Source of the DNA: Pseudomonadota bacterium
Lineage (GTDB): Bacteria > Pseudomonadota > Gammaproteobacteria > JAKAQQ01
Reading direction: 5' to 3'
Length of the DNA: 64,000 nucleotides
Assembly: GCA_027320085.1 (NCBI GenBank)
Contig: DAHVLZ010000019.1
Coordinates: 97,172 to 161,171, forward strand
Under the pieces are notes generated by a model that saw only the letters and a list, made by a program, of their open reading frames with translations, did no database searches and was not told the origin of the DNA. Made by a program: the position numbers and the translations under genes. Numbering within the stretch: position 1 is the stretch's first letter; each line of letters opens with the position of its first letter. This document shows positions 38,786 to 49,083 of the stretch, in pieces.

Positions 38786-39394
38786 GTGCAGCCAGAACCC
38801 GGATTGTATGTACCCGTACCCGAAGCCGTGGTCGCCCGCTTCCGGGCGCTTCTGGACGAGGCGGAGCAAACCGGGATCCCGGAGGCGTCGGCCATGTCGC
38901 TGGCCACCGCCACCCCCACCGGCCAGCTCTCGGTTCGTACGGTTCTGCTCAAGTCCTGGAATGTCCACGGGATCAGTTTTTATACCAACCTGAACAGTCG
39001 CAAGGCACAGCAGCTCGCCTCCCATCCGCGGGCTGCGGTGTGTTTTTACTGGCGGCCCCTGTGGCGGCAGGTTCTCATGGAAGGCGGGGTGGAACGGCAG
39101 GCGGACCCGGAAGATGATGCCTATTGGGAGACGCGACCCCGCGAACACCAGCTGGGCGCCTGGAGTTCCAACCAGTCGCAGCCCCTGCCCAGCGGGGATT
39201 TTCTGGAATCCGAGTACCGGCGTTATGAGCAGCTTTTCGCGGATCGGCCCGTTCCCCGACCGCCTTTCTGGGGCGGCTTCCGCTTTCATCCCGACCTCAT
39301 CGAATTCTGGCACGGGCGGCCGGGACGCCTCCATGAGCGGGACCGGTATACCGTGGTCGAGGGTTCTTGGAATCACCAGCTTTACTTTCCCTGA
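38786..39394 (+). CDS. pdxH: Pyridoxamine 5'-phosphate oxidase
   Basis: RTVLLK, FYTNLNSRK, RQV, WSSNQS, PFWGGF, EFWHGRPGRLHER. Confidence 0.95.
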   Translation: MQPEPGLYVPVPEAVVARFRALLDEAEQTGIPEASAMSLATATPTGQLSVRTVLLKSWNVHGISFYTNLNSRKAQQLASHPRAAVCFYWRPLWRQVLMEGGVERQADPEDDAYWETRPREHQLGAWSSNQSQPLPSGDFLESEYRRYEQLFADRPVPRPPFWGGFRFHPDLIEFWHGRPGRLHERDRYTVVEGSWNHQLYFP

Positions 39395-39507
39395 CCCGTC
39401 CGGGGGGATCGTCCGGCTGAGGCAGCCCGCCCGCCCGCCCGGTTTCCCGTCCCCCTGAATCCAATTTGCGCTGCTGTTCCTCCCGTTTGCTGCCTTGGAG
39501 ACATTGC

Positions 39508-40572
39508 ATGCCCACCCATCTCTTCTCTCCCTTAAAGATCCGGGAAGCGCATTTCCGTAACCGGATCTTTGTCTCTCCCATGTGTCAGTATTCGGCACGT
39601 GAGGGTCTGGCGCAAACCTGGCATCTCGTGCATCTGGGATCCAGGGCGGTGGGCGGAGCCGGGCTCGTCTCGACGGAAGCCACGGCGGTCTGCCCGGAGG
39701 GGCGCATCTCCCCCGGGGACACCGGGCTCTGGAACGATGCCCAACTTCACGCCTGGGCCCCGATCGCCGCCTTCATCCGTGAACAGGGTGCGGTTCCCGC
39801 CATCCAGCTGGCCCATGCCGGACGCAAGGCGTCGACCGGCATTCCCTGGCTCGGGGGACAGCCTCTCGACTCCGGCCAGGGGGGATGGACCGTGTCCGCG
39901 CCTTCCCCGCTGCCCTTCGATACCGGCTATCCGGTCCCCCACGAACTGGATCCGGGAGAGATCCAGGAGATCGTCCATGCCTTTGCCGAAGCGGCCAGGC
40001 GTGCTCTGAAGGCCGGCTTCGAGGCGGTCGAACTCCATTTTGCCCATGGCTATCTGGCCCACGAGTTTCTTTCACCGCTCAGCAATCACCGGAAGGACGA
40101 CTACGGCGGATCACTCGAAAACCGCATGCGTTTTCCGCTTGAGGTAGCCGACTCGGTCCGAGCCGTCTGGCCCGCTTCCCACCCGCTTTTGGTCCGGCTT
40201 TCGGTGACCGACTGGGTGCCGGGCGGATGGGATCTCCCCTCGTCCATCACGCTGTCCCGGGAACTCAAACGGGTGGGTGTGGATTTGATCGACTGCTCGA
40301 GCGGGGGCAATGTCCCGCGGGCCGAGATTCCCCTGGGTCCCGGCTACCAGACGGTCTTTGCCGAGGCGATCCGCCGTGAGACCGGGGTGCTCACGGGGGC
40401 AGTCGGACTCATCACGGAGCCCGTTCAGGCGGAACATCTGCTCGGCACGGGGCAGGCCGACGTGGTTTTCCTCGCCCGGGCCGAGCTGCGTGACCCGTAT
40501 TGGCCGCTTGCGGCGGCGCGTCATCTCGGGGTCGAAATCGACTGGCCTCCTCCTTACCGGCGCGGGAAATGA
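39508..40572 (+). CDS. NADH:flavin oxidoreductase (old yellow enzyme, YqjM/NamA-like)
   Basis: NRIFVSPMCQYSA, QLAHAGRKAS, ELHFAHGYL, DYGGSLENR, LRDPYWP. Confidence 0.95.
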   Translation: MPTHLFSPLKIREAHFRNRIFVSPMCQYSAREGLAQTWHLVHLGSRAVGGAGLVSTEATAVCPEGRISPGDTGLWNDAQLHAWAPIAAFIREQGAVPAIQLAHAGRKASTGIPWLGGQPLDSGQGGWTVSAPSPLPFDTGYPVPHELDPGEIQEIVHAFAEAARRALKAGFEAVELHFAHGYLAHEFLSPLSNHRKDDYGGSLENRMRFPLEVADSVRAVWPASHPLLVRLSVTDWVPGGWDLPSSITLSRELKRVGVDLIDCSSGGNVPRAEIPLGPGYQTVFAEAIRRETGVLTGAVGLITEPVQAEHLLGTGQADVVFLARAELRDPYWPLAAARHLGVEIDWPPPYRRGK

Positions 40573-40599
40573 CGGAAGTCTTGCCCGAGAGGACCCGGG

Positions 40600-40815
40600 G
40601 AAAATACCCTTGGGGAGGTTCGCCAGTGGACCTGCCCGAATTGCGGAGCCATCCATGACCGGGGGGGACATGCGGCTGGGAATTCCCCGGCTGCTGGCTG
40701 GGCAGCCCATGCCCTCCTACAGCGAGTTCCACCGGAGGTGACGCCTGTGAGGCGGCGGTGTTGGCCGGTGTCGCGGGACCCAGGTGAAACCGACCTCTAT
40801 AAAGCAGGAAGCCAG
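40600..40815 (+). pseudogene. tnpB: TnpB (IS200/IS605 or IS607) C-terminal relic with right-end-like sequence
   Basis: 40618 onward translates VRQWTCPNCGAIHDRGGHAAGN (cf. REWxCPxCGxxHDRDxNAAxN), followed by ACGCCTGTGAG...AAGCAGGAAGCC. Confidence 0.7.
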
Positions 40816-40872
40816 CTTTTTGCAGCGGATCTTTGCGTTGTTGGGCGGCAGCGATCGCCCGGGGTGCACGAA

Positions 40873-41889
40873 TCAAGGAACCAGGACGACCTTGCCCGTA
40901 TTCTTGCGTGACTCGATATAGGCGTGTGCGTTGCCCGCTTGTGCGAGCGGGAAAGTCCGATCCACATGGGGGCGCACCCACCCGGCATGCACACCGCCGA
41001 TCAAGGTCCTCATCCAGGCCTCGATCTTTGGCACCTCGTGCCAGAGGTGCCCGAGATTAACCCCAAACACCGACCGGTTCCGATTCATCAATGCGACCGG
41101 GTTGAACCACGGCATGCCCAATCCCACCTTGAGCAGTTTCAGCGGACCCGGAAGCCTTGATTCGGTCATCATGGATGCACCGAATATCCCGAGCCTGCCC
41201 GTGTGGCGCAGGGCGCCATAGCTCCTCTTCCATTCCAATCCGCCCAGTGGGTCGGTAATGAGTTCGACGCCGCGCCCCTGCGTGAGCCTTGCCACCTCGC
41301 GCGTCCAGTCGAGCTCGATGTAGTCGATCGCCTCATGGAGGCCGCGTTGCTTGAGAAAACCATGCTTGCGGGCGCTCGCCGTACCGTAGATCGTGGCACC
41401 GATGTGGCGGGCGATATCGATCGCCGCCAGTCCAACTCCGCTGCCGGCATTATGGATAAGCACCGTCTCGTCGGGCTTCAGTGCACCCATCACGACCAGT
41501 AACTGCCAAGCCGTCAGGTAGTTGACTGGAATCGCCGCCGCCTCTTCAAAGCTTAATGCGGCAGGCTTCTCGAAGGTCTGGGTCGCGGGTACCACCACAG
41601 TGTCGGCATAGCCGCCAAAGCGTGTCAGCGCGAAAACCTCCTTGCCGATCCAGGCGTGATCCACATGTGGGCCGATGGCATCGACCATGCCAGAGACTTC
41701 GTAGCCAACCACGGCCGGAAGCTTTGGCGCGTCCGGATAGAGACCCCGGCGGGCCAGGAGGTCGGCAAAGTTGATGCCACAGGCCCTGACCCGGATGCGT
41801 AATTCCTCGGCCTGCGGTTGCAAGTCGGGAGCCTCGCGCAGCTTGAGCTTCTCCGGGCCTCCGGTGGCGATGATCCAGACCTGCTTCAT
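40873..41889 (-). CDS. MDR-family oxidoreductase (VAT-1-like)
   Basis: GINFADLLARRGLY, GYEVSG, FGGYA, PVNYLTA, HNAGSGVG, NTGKVVL. Confidence 0.92.
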   Translation of the reverse strand: MKQVWIIATGGPEKLKLREAPDLQPQAEELRIRVRACGINFADLLARRGLYPDAPKLPAVVGYEVSGMVDAIGPHVDHAWIGKEVFALTRFGGYADTVVVPATQTFEKPAALSFEEAAAIPVNYLTAWQLLVVMGALKPDETVLIHNAGSGVGLAAIDIARHIGATIYGTASARKHGFLKQRGLHEAIDYIELDWTREVARLTQGRGVELITDPLGGLEWKRSYGALRHTGRLGIFGASMMTESRLPGPLKLLKVGLGMPWFNPVALMNRNRSVFGVNLGHLWHEVPKIEAWMRTLIGGVHAGWVRPHVDRTFPLAQAGNAHAYIESRKNTGKVVLVP

Positions 41890-42265
41890 GGCGGGTATGC
41901 GGGTTCAGCCTTTGGCGGACCGCCCATTTTAGCCCGGAGTCCCTCCTTCGGCGCTGGGTGAATGTTTCACGGAGGGAGTTGATTTTTCCATGGCGGGAGT
42001 GACCGGAGAAAGCGCTTCTAGCAGGCTGGATGTCGTCATGGAATATGCGGGGGCTGGGCCATGAAGGACGAATCGGCGCGTGCCCGCCTTCTGTGATGTT
42101 GAGGGGCACATCCGCGAATTGCTCTTCGTTGGCGAAGATCCCTTCACTCCCCCGCCGATCACCACCGCGAACCCGGCTCGATAGGCGGCTCGGGCGCCTG
42201 CACCCGAGACGCCCGCAGTCCGCTGAATGGCCAGACAACTGCCCGAACCGAAGGGGGATTCCCGC

Positions 42266-43825
42266 CTAGGGGGTGGAACCCGCATCGTAGTCAACAGGGG
42301 TGGTCTGGTCCACACCCCGCGTGGCCGGCCAGCGGGACAACAACAGGGTTCCCAGGATGGAGACGATGAAGTTGAGGAAAACGGCCACGATGGCGATGTA
42401 GACCGGGATGGACTCGGGTCCCCAGTGAAGGACCGTGACGGCGCTGGTGAAATGGTTGGCCATCATGAGACCGGTGCCCGCCACCATGCCGAGCATCCAT
42501 CCCGCGATCAGGGCCCAGCGGTGGAACCAGCCCGTGTAAAGCCCGGCGGCGATACTGGGCAAGAGCTGGATGATCCAGATTCCGCCCAGTAACTGGAAGT
42601 CAATGGCGTAGTGGAATGGGATCGCGAGGACGAAAAGCAGGGCCCCGGCCTTGATCAGGAGCGAACTCCATTTCGCGACCCGGGTTTCGGTGGCAGGTGT
42701 GGCATCCGGGTTGACGAAGGCCCGGTAGAGATTGCGCGTGAACAGGTTGGCGGCGGCAATCGACATGATGGCGGCCGGGACGAGCGCTCCGATGGCGATG
42801 GCGGCGAGTGCCACAGCGGCGAACCAGGAGGGGAAGTTGGTGAGCAGGAGGGCGGGGACGGCAAAGTTGGTGCCATAGCGGTGAAAGGCCGGGGCGAAGG
42901 CCGCCCGGGTGAGCGCCTTCCGGTCGGCCATGGCCATGAACCCGAGCAAGCTGAGCAAGCCGAGAATGAAGCTGTAAGCCGGCAGGTACGTCATGTTGCG
43001 GCGGATCACGTCGGGATTTTTCGCGCCGAGCACCCCGGTGGTCGCATGGGGGTAGAGAAAGAGGGCGAGTGCGGATCCCAGGGCGAGTGTGATGAACGCA
43101 CTGTCCGGACCCAGGGAATGGGCCGCGGGGGGTTCGAGGAGCAACCGGCCCGGAGGGACGGATGCGAAGATCTTTCCGTAGCCCCCAAGATGCATGGGGA
43201 TGATCACGATGCAGGCGATTGCCGTGATGTAGATGAGGGCATCCTTGACGACGGCGATCAGCGCAGGGGCCCGGAGACCGCTCGTGAACGTATAGGCGGC
43301 CAGCAAACCGAAGGCAATGATCAATGGAAAATCGGCCCAGGGCCCGTGCAGGGGGAAGCCCAGGGCAGCCAGGACGACCTCGAGACCGATCAGCTGGAGC
43401 GCAATGTAGGGCAGGGTCGCGAGGATGCCCGTCACGGCGACGAGCAAGGCCAAGGTCCGACTGCCGTAACGTCCCTCCACGAAATCCGCCGTCGTGACGT
43501 AGCCGTGACGGTGGCTGACCTGCCAGAGTCGGGGCAGGGCGACCAGGGCGAGGGGAAAGGCCATGATGGTGTAGGGAAGGGCGAAATAGCCCAAGGCGCC
43601 GGTCCCGAAGATCAGGGCGGGTACGGCTATGAAGGTATAGGCCGTGTAGAGGTCTCCGCCAAGCAGGAACCAGGTCAGCCAGCCCCCGAGACGGCGGCCG
43701 GCCAGCCCCCATTCCTCGAGCCGGTTCAGGGGGGCGGCTCGCCACCGCGCAGCCAGAAAACCGAGAACGGTGACCAGGACGAAGAGGCCAATGAAGATGA
43801 GGAGCGGAACCGGCGCTGGGCTCAT
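42266..43825 (-). CDS. Sodium:solute symporter (MctP-like monocarboxylate permease)
   Basis: EEWGLAGR, WFLLGGDLYTAYTFIAVP, ALFLYPH, FQLLGGIWIIQ. Confidence 0.92.
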   Translation of the reverse strand: MSPAPVPLLIFIGLFVLVTVLGFLAARWRAAPLNRLEEWGLAGRRLGGWLTWFLLGGDLYTAYTFIAVPALIFGTGALGYFALPYTIMAFPLALVALPRLWQVSHRHGYVTTADFVEGRYGSRTLALLVAVTGILATLPYIALQLIGLEVVLAALGFPLHGPWADFPLIIAFGLLAAYTFTSGLRAPALIAVVKDALIYITAIACIVIIPMHLGGYGKIFASVPPGRLLLEPPAAHSLGPDSAFITLALGSALALFLYPHATTGVLGAKNPDVIRRNMTYLPAYSFILGLLSLLGFMAMADRKALTRAAFAPAFHRYGTNFAVPALLLTNFPSWFAAVALAAIAIGALVPAAIMSIAAANLFTRNLYRAFVNPDATPATETRVAKWSSLLIKAGALLFVLAIPFHYAIDFQLLGGIWIIQLLPSIAAGLYTGWFHRWALIAGWMLGMVAGTGLMMANHFTSAVTVLHWGPESIPVYIAIVAVFLNFIVSILGTLLLSRWPATRGVDQTTPVDYDAGSTP

Positions 43826-44850
43826 CGCGAATCTTTCTTCCGGGATCGGGGCTTCCGGGTCAGGTAGGTCACGAGCCCGTTGAAGAGACCGGAGAGGGGA
43901 ACCCAGGCGAGCAGGTAGGTATAAAAGAAGGGAATGCCCCAGAGGGTGGGGTGACGGTGATTGAACACCGGAATCCACAGGCTGGCCAGCATGGGGACGA
44001 GGAGCAGGAGGGCCCAGTATCCCCGCCGTGACCGGCTGACGTCGTTGCTCCCGTCTCCCGGGGAGGGAGGGGTGACTCCCGCTTCGATGCCTCCCGGCCG
44101 GGGAGGATCCGGTGGCCGTTTCGGCGGCCGGAAAAAAAACCGGAACCGGGCCCCGATGGCCAGGCCGATGGCGAGGCTGTCCCAGACCGGACGAAAGTAA
44201 CTGGGCCGGGCGTCCCGGGGATAGCGGCCGGAGACTCGGACTCCGGTCATGGGGATTCCGAGCCGTCCCAGCATGATCAGGACCTCACTCTCGAAAGGGA
44301 AGCCCCGGGCATGAGGGGGATGGTCTGTGATGGCGGAAACCGCCCCTGCCGGGTAAACCCGGAAACCCGACTGCGTATCCTCGAGCGGGAGACCGGCCAG
44401 TCGTGAAATGAAGAAGTCGGCCACCTGGTTGGCCCCGGCGCGGATTCTTGGAGCCGACGCCTTGTCCCGCGTGCCGAGGATCAGGGCGCGGGGGTTGCGG
44501 GTCGCAACCGCCAAAAGGCGCGGGATTTCCCCCGGATCATGCTGGCCGTCCCCGTCTACGGTGACCACCCATCGGTAGCCCTGCTCGTGGGCGAACTCGA
44601 AGCCGGTCAGGAGTGCGGCCCCCTTCCCCAACCGTCGGGCGTGCCGGATCACCCGGGCTCCGTGCGTCGTGGCGATTTGCGCCGAGCCGTCCTGTGATCC
44701 GTCGTCGACCACGAGGCAGGGATGGCCCAGGGCCGAAATCCGGTCCAGGAGTGCAGCCAGGGTCCGGCTCTCGTCCAATGCCGGGACGAGCACCAGAACG
44801 GCCGGGCCTGTCACGCCTGGGGTTGCCACGGTCGGGTGGGGGCTGCTCAT
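43822..44850 (-). CDS. GT2 glycosyltransferase fused to a DUF3311-like membrane peptide
   Basis: VPALDE, VVDDGS, GKGAAL, VDGDGQH, DTQSGFRVYP; C-terminus LLLVPMLASLWIPVFN..PTLWGIPFFYTY. Confidence 0.8.
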   Translation of the reverse strand: MSSPHPTVATPGVTGPAVLVLVPALDESRTLAALLDRISALGHPCLVVDDGSQDGSAQIATTHGARVIRHARRLGKGAALLTGFEFAHEQGYRWVVTVDGDGQHDPGEIPRLLAVATRNPRALILGTRDKASAPRIRAGANQVADFFISRLAGLPLEDTQSGFRVYPAGAVSAITDHPPHARGFPFESEVLIMLGRLGIPMTGVRVSGRYPRDARPSYFRPVWDSLAIGLAIGARFRFFFRPPKRPPDPPRPGGIEAGVTPPSPGDGSNDVSRSRRGYWALLLLVPMLASLWIPVFNHRHPTLWGIPFFYTYLLAWVPLSGLFNGLVTYLTRKPRSRKKDSR

Positions 44851-45623
44851 GCCGGGGAAGGTCCGTCGGGGGACGACAGGTGAAGGGTGAGATAGTGCTC
44901 CGCCGAAAGCGGAAACGTCCCCTCCAACAGGGTGGTCCCGGTGAGTTTGCCGGTACCCGAAAACGGACCAGGATAGGGGGGGGCTCCCGGATCCGGGATT
45001 TCACGCATGCGGCCCGTTTCGATTTCGAAGCTGAGACATGGCCCGGGGCCGGATTCCGAACCACCAGCACGATCCTGCGATCCGAGGATGAAAGCCACCG
45101 CCCGGGCTGGGGGCGATCCATAGATCAACCGGAAGCGATCGGGGACCGTCATCTCGTAATAAATGTAGAGCACCGGCGTTTCGGGTTCAGTCTGGATTTG
45201 TCCAAGGGCGGTGAGAAAGCCCATCGCAAAGGAAAAGGGGCCTGCGGCGACGGCGCGGCACGGATTCCGGGATTGTCCCGCGATGGACCAGTAGCCCGCC
45301 GCCGTATTGTGCACGGAGTTGTGGAAGAGAACCGGGGACAGCGCCAAGGGTTGTTCCGCGAGAACGCGGCAAATCTGGTCGGTGATCTCGAGTTCACCGA
45401 GTGCCGAGGAGAAAACGCAGGCCAGCGTCTGGGAAGGACACCGGGCATTCTCCAAGGCCTGTTCGGCCGCAAGTCCGCACAGCCGGGCGGCGCGGGTGGC
45501 GTGACGGAGCGAGGCGCGTGTGAAGCTCACCGGTTCCTCGATCTCCGCCCCCTCCGTCCGCCCATCGGGCTGTTCGCAATCCGTGATAGACCCCCAGCCG
45601 AAAAGCCGGACCTGTTCCTTCAT
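44847..45623 (-). CDS. Beta-ketoacyl synthase chain-length factor
   Basis: VFSSALGE, LSPVLFHNSVHNTAAGYWSI. Confidence 0.85.
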   Translation of the reverse strand: MKEQVRLFGWGSITDCEQPDGRTEGAEIEEPVSFTRASLRHATRAARLCGLAAEQALENARCPSQTLACVFSSALGELEITDQICRVLAEQPLALSPVLFHNSVHNTAAGYWSIAGQSRNPCRAVAAGPFSFAMGFLTALGQIQTEPETPVLYIYYEMTVPDRFRLIYGSPPARAVAFILGSQDRAGGSESGPGPCLSFEIETGRMREIPDPGAPPYPGPFSGTGKLTGTTLLEGTFPLSAEHYLTLHLSSPDGPSPA

Positions 45624-46780
45624 GGGCCGGCTCCCGCGAAGATGAGCGCACAGTTGTTGCCTCCGAAGCCGAAGGCGTTGGTCAGGATGTAGTTCGGCCG
45701 GGTCCGCTCCGCTTCGAGGAGGATCCGGCTTCTCAAGCCGGGATCGGGCTCCTCGGTATTCAGCGTTCGGGGCAGGAGACCGCTTTCGAGGGTGAGGAGG
45801 GAGATGAGTGCGCCCAGCATGCCCGCGGCACCCAGGGTGTGGCCGGTCCAGCCCTTGGTCGAACTGACCGGGATTTCCGGCGGGAAAAGATGGCTGATGG
45901 CCCGATCCTCGGAGAGGTCGTTGAGCCGGGTTCCCGTGCCATGGGCGTGGATGTACCCGATGTCTGACGGACGGATCCCTGCCCGGGTCAGGGCACGGGA
46001 CATGGCCAAGCGGGCGCCTTCCCCATCCGGATGAGGGGCCGTGATGTGATAGGCGTCCGCGCTTTCCCCGTAGCCGGCCAGTCGCCAGGGTCCCGGCCGG
46101 TTCGAAACCAGCATCAACACAGCCGCCTCGCCCAGGTTGATCCCTGCCCGCCTTCGATCAAAGGGCCGGCAGGGGGTCGGAGCGACGAGGTTCAGCGAGC
46201 GGAAGCCGAACAGGGTGGTCATGCACAGGCTGTCAATCCCGGCCACGACCGCCGCATCGATCCATTTCCGTTCCATCCACTGATGGGCCAGCACGAGCGA
46301 CTGGGCGCTCGACGAGCAGGCGGAGGAGACCGTGAGTGCCGGGCCCGAGAGCTGCAAGCGCTGCTTCAGATAGTTCGCGGTTGCATGGAGTTCGAAGGTT
46401 TTCTCGAGCCGGTCCGAGAAATCAAAGGGTTCGCTGCGCTTCCGGCAATAGGCGTCCTCGAGGCTTGCGATCCCCGAGGAGCTCGTGCCCACGATCAGTC
46501 CGATCCGCGAGGTGCCGAACTGGTCGGCGGCCGCTTTCACGGCGGATTCGAAGTGATCGGCCCTGATGGCGTGTTCGGCCAGACGGTTGTTCCGGCAGTC
46601 GAAGGTCTGCAAATCATCCGGCAGCCGGACCGTGTCGAGTCCGGCAACGGTCCCGACATAGGTGGGAAGGGGGCCGGGCCAGGGGCTCAGGCCGGATTGT
46701 TCCTCGAAGAAAGCCCGTTGGAGTTCCCGGCAACCCGCCCCACAACTGGCGGTCGCTGAACAGGCCTGGATATAGAGCAT
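45620..46780 (-). CDS. Beta-ketoacyl-ACP synthase
   Basis: DCRNNRLA, GTSSSG, SSACSSS, HAHGTGT, KGWTGHTLGAAG, NAFGFGGNN. Confidence 0.93.
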   Translation of the reverse strand: MLYIQACSATASCGAGCRELQRAFFEEQSGLSPWPGPLPTYVGTVAGLDTVRLPDDLQTFDCRNNRLAEHAIRADHFESAVKAAADQFGTSRIGLIVGTSSSGIASLEDAYCRKRSEPFDFSDRLEKTFELHATANYLKQRLQLSGPALTVSSACSSSAQSLVLAHQWMERKWIDAAVVAGIDSLCMTTLFGFRSLNLVAPTPCRPFDRRRAGINLGEAAVLMLVSNRPGPWRLAGYGESADAYHITAPHPDGEGARLAMSRALTRAGIRPSDIGYIHAHGTGTRLNDLSEDRAISHLFPPEIPVSSTKGWTGHTLGAAGMLGALISLLTLESGLLPRTLNTEEPDPGLRSRILLEAERTRPNYILTNAFGFGGNNCALIFAGAGP

Positions 46781-46782
46781 GA

Positions 46783-49083
46783 TCAGGGCACAGCCCGCCC
46801 TGATGAGGGGCGGGTGGCGAGTGAGAAAGCGACTGCCGTATCGAGGAGGACGCCCAGGCAGACGGTGAATCCGATGGTCGTGAGCATGGGAACACCGCTC
46901 AGGATCAGCGGAAGAAACACGGCCAGCACGATAAGCATACTGATCAGGATGACGTCTCGTGTCGTCTGCCCGAGCGGACTTCTCGGAACCGAAAGGAAGA
47001 TACTGTAATCGAGACCGAGGCCGAACACGAGAAAGAGTCCGATCAGCATGTCGAGGTCCGGGCGGATTCCTGCCGTATTGAGAAGTGCCAGGGTTGTCGA
47101 GACGCCCAAGACCGGTGTGGCGACGAGAAGGAGTGTCCGTCTGGCCGACCGGGTGAACGCGCCCAGAAACAGGACCACGAGGCTCAGGACGGCCATCCCG
47201 ATTTCCACCAGCCGGGAGGCCAGATCCTGCTGCAAGTGGGACAAGGCTCGGGACAAGTGGATGCGGTGGAGATGCGGGATCGGGTGTTTTTTCAAGAAAC
47301 GGCTGAGCCTCGGATCCGAGGTCGGGGATCCCAGCGGAACCCAGGATGCCCAGCGGTGACCGAGACGAAGGAGTTCGCTTTGCACCAGAAACCGCCATCG
47401 CGTCTTGAGCAGTCGCGGCAGGTTCAGGACGGGCAGCTTCCGGCTTTGTGCAAGTGCGTGGGAAAAGGGTGAAAAGAAGGCGGGGGTGAAAGGCAGGCCC
47501 CGGATGGCGTGCTCCAGTCTCCGGTGGAGCAAGGCGGGGTTTGGGATGACCCGCTCACGCCGGATCTGTAGCGAGGGGGGAGGCAGGAAACGGGTGACCG
47601 TGAGAAAACGCAGCTTCGCACCCTCCCGTCGCTGCTCCTCCAGCAGGTCTTGAAGCGCCTGGGTGCGGTCCAGGACGGTCTCCAGGTGGGCTCCCGTCAC
47701 GACGAGGTAATGGTTGATCTGTGGGGTCCCCATGGCACGGCGCAGCTCTTGGGTTGTGCGCATCAACGCCTTGGGAAGTCCGGATTGGGACAAGGATCCG
47801 GCTCGCCAATGCAGTGGATGGACAAGGAGGAGGACCCCGCCGAGTCCAGCCAAGAGAAGGGCAAAACCGGGATGTCCGCGGGGCATCGGGCTCCCGCTTC
47901 CGGCCGGGTCCCGGCGAAGCGTCCGGACAGGCACGGGTCCCAGGGCGACCGTGATCAATCCGCCGCCGATCAACCCGATTGCACCTAGGGCCCCGATCTG
48001 GACCAGGTCCGGGACTCCGGCCGACAGGAATCCCAGGTATCCCACGCCGGAGGCAACGGCCGCTGTGAGGACGGTTCGGCGATGATCGGCCAAGGATTCC
48101 GGATGGAGACGGGCGTGTGTCCAGAAATAGAGCGGGTGATCCACCACCATCCCGATGACCACGCCGGCACAGGCGAGCGAGAGCGCATTCAGGCTGCCGA
48201 AGATCCATCCGGCGGCCAGGAGGGCAAAGGCCACGGCGAGGGCTGGAATGGCAAACAGGAGGAGTGCGGTCTTGATGCTCCGGAAGAGGAGACCCAGCCC
48301 GATCAGGAGCAAGAGCGTGCTCGTGATCGCGAGTTCGGCCATCCGGGTATGGATACGCCGTGACAGGGCGGTTGCGATCGGGGCCACGCCACCGATCCGG
48401 AGGTGGGTCAGGTCGAGTCCGGCCTGGCGGGTTTCCTGCCGGATGGCGCGGAGTGCCCGGGTATCGTGGGACAGATCCCAGCCGGAATGCACAAGCACTG
48501 CGGCCAGAAGTGCCATGGACGGATGGCGTACGAACCAGACGCCATGGCGTTCGGGTGGCTCAGGCAGGAGGTGGATCTGTCGCAGCCAGCCGGTCCAGGC
48601 ACCGGTCGGATCACGACGTAACAGATCCGCGAATTGGGGACCCGCCGGTCCGGCCAGAGTTCCCAGATCTTCCAGAAAAGCCCGGTGGAGCCCGGCCGTA
48701 GACCATGGCCGCCCCCTGCCGGGTGGATGAACGAGCAGATAGCGGTAACGGAAAAGGATTTCATGCCGCAGGGAGGATGAGGAGAAGGCTTTGGGTGCGG
48801 GCGAATGGTCGAGCACCGCGGCAAACTCCGGATTGCGGGACAACTCGCCCTGCAACGCACGGGAAGCCTGGACCAGCTGCCTGACCGGTGCACCCGTGAG
48901 CCCGATGAGAATCATGTGGTTGTCGAGGCCGTGCTTGACTTGACTCAGGATCAGCCGGGTCCGGGTTCCGGACGCTTCCGGCAGAAAGCCGCTCAGGCGA
49001 TTGACCGGATGGGGGGGATCGAGCAGGAGGCCGAGGGCCAGCAGGACGCCCCCGCCTAAAATCAGAATCCTTCTTTTTGACAT
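46783..49083 (-). CDS. MMPL/RND-type exporter of the aryl-polyene cluster type
   Basis: Two TM blocks with GMVVDHP and GLGLDYSIF, LFRYRYLL, RRDPTG. Confidence 0.85.
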   Translation of the reverse strand: MSKRRILILGGGVLLALGLLLDPPHPVNRLSGFLPEASGTRTRLILSQVKHGLDNHMILIGLTGAPVRQLVQASRALQGELSRNPEFAAVLDHSPAPKAFSSSSLRHEILFRYRYLLVHPPGRGRPWSTAGLHRAFLEDLGTLAGPAGPQFADLLRRDPTGAWTGWLRQIHLLPEPPERHGVWFVRHPSMALLAAVLVHSGWDLSHDTRALRAIRQETRQAGLDLTHLRIGGVAPIATALSRRIHTRMAELAITSTLLLLIGLGLLFRSIKTALLLFAIPALAVAFALLAAGWIFGSLNALSLACAGVVIGMVVDHPLYFWTHARLHPESLADHRRTVLTAAVASGVGYLGFLSAGVPDLVQIGALGAIGLIGGGLITVALGPVPVRTLRRDPAGSGSPMPRGHPGFALLLAGLGGVLLLVHPLHWRAGSLSQSGLPKALMRTTQELRRAMGTPQINHYLVVTGAHLETVLDRTQALQDLLEEQRREGAKLRFLTVTRFLPPPSLQIRRERVIPNPALLHRRLEHAIRGLPFTPAFFSPFSHALAQSRKLPVLNLPRLLKTRWRFLVQSELLRLGHRWASWVPLGSPTSDPRLSRFLKKHPIPHLHRIHLSRALSHLQQDLASRLVEIGMAVLSLVVLFLGAFTRSARRTLLLVATPVLGVSTTLALLNTAGIRPDLDMLIGLFLVFGLGLDYSIFLSVPRSPLGQTTRDVILISMLIVLAVFLPLILSGVPMLTTIGFTVCLGVLLDTAVAFSLATRPSSGRAVP

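Noticed and set aside
41890-42265. Possible gene remnant between the MDR gene and the symporter
   Set aside because: No family motif recognised in any frame.
46781-47398. 200-aa N-terminal extension of the ketosynthase ORF
   Set aside because: Overlaps the MMPL gene in another frame; the KS most plausibly starts at ATG 46780.
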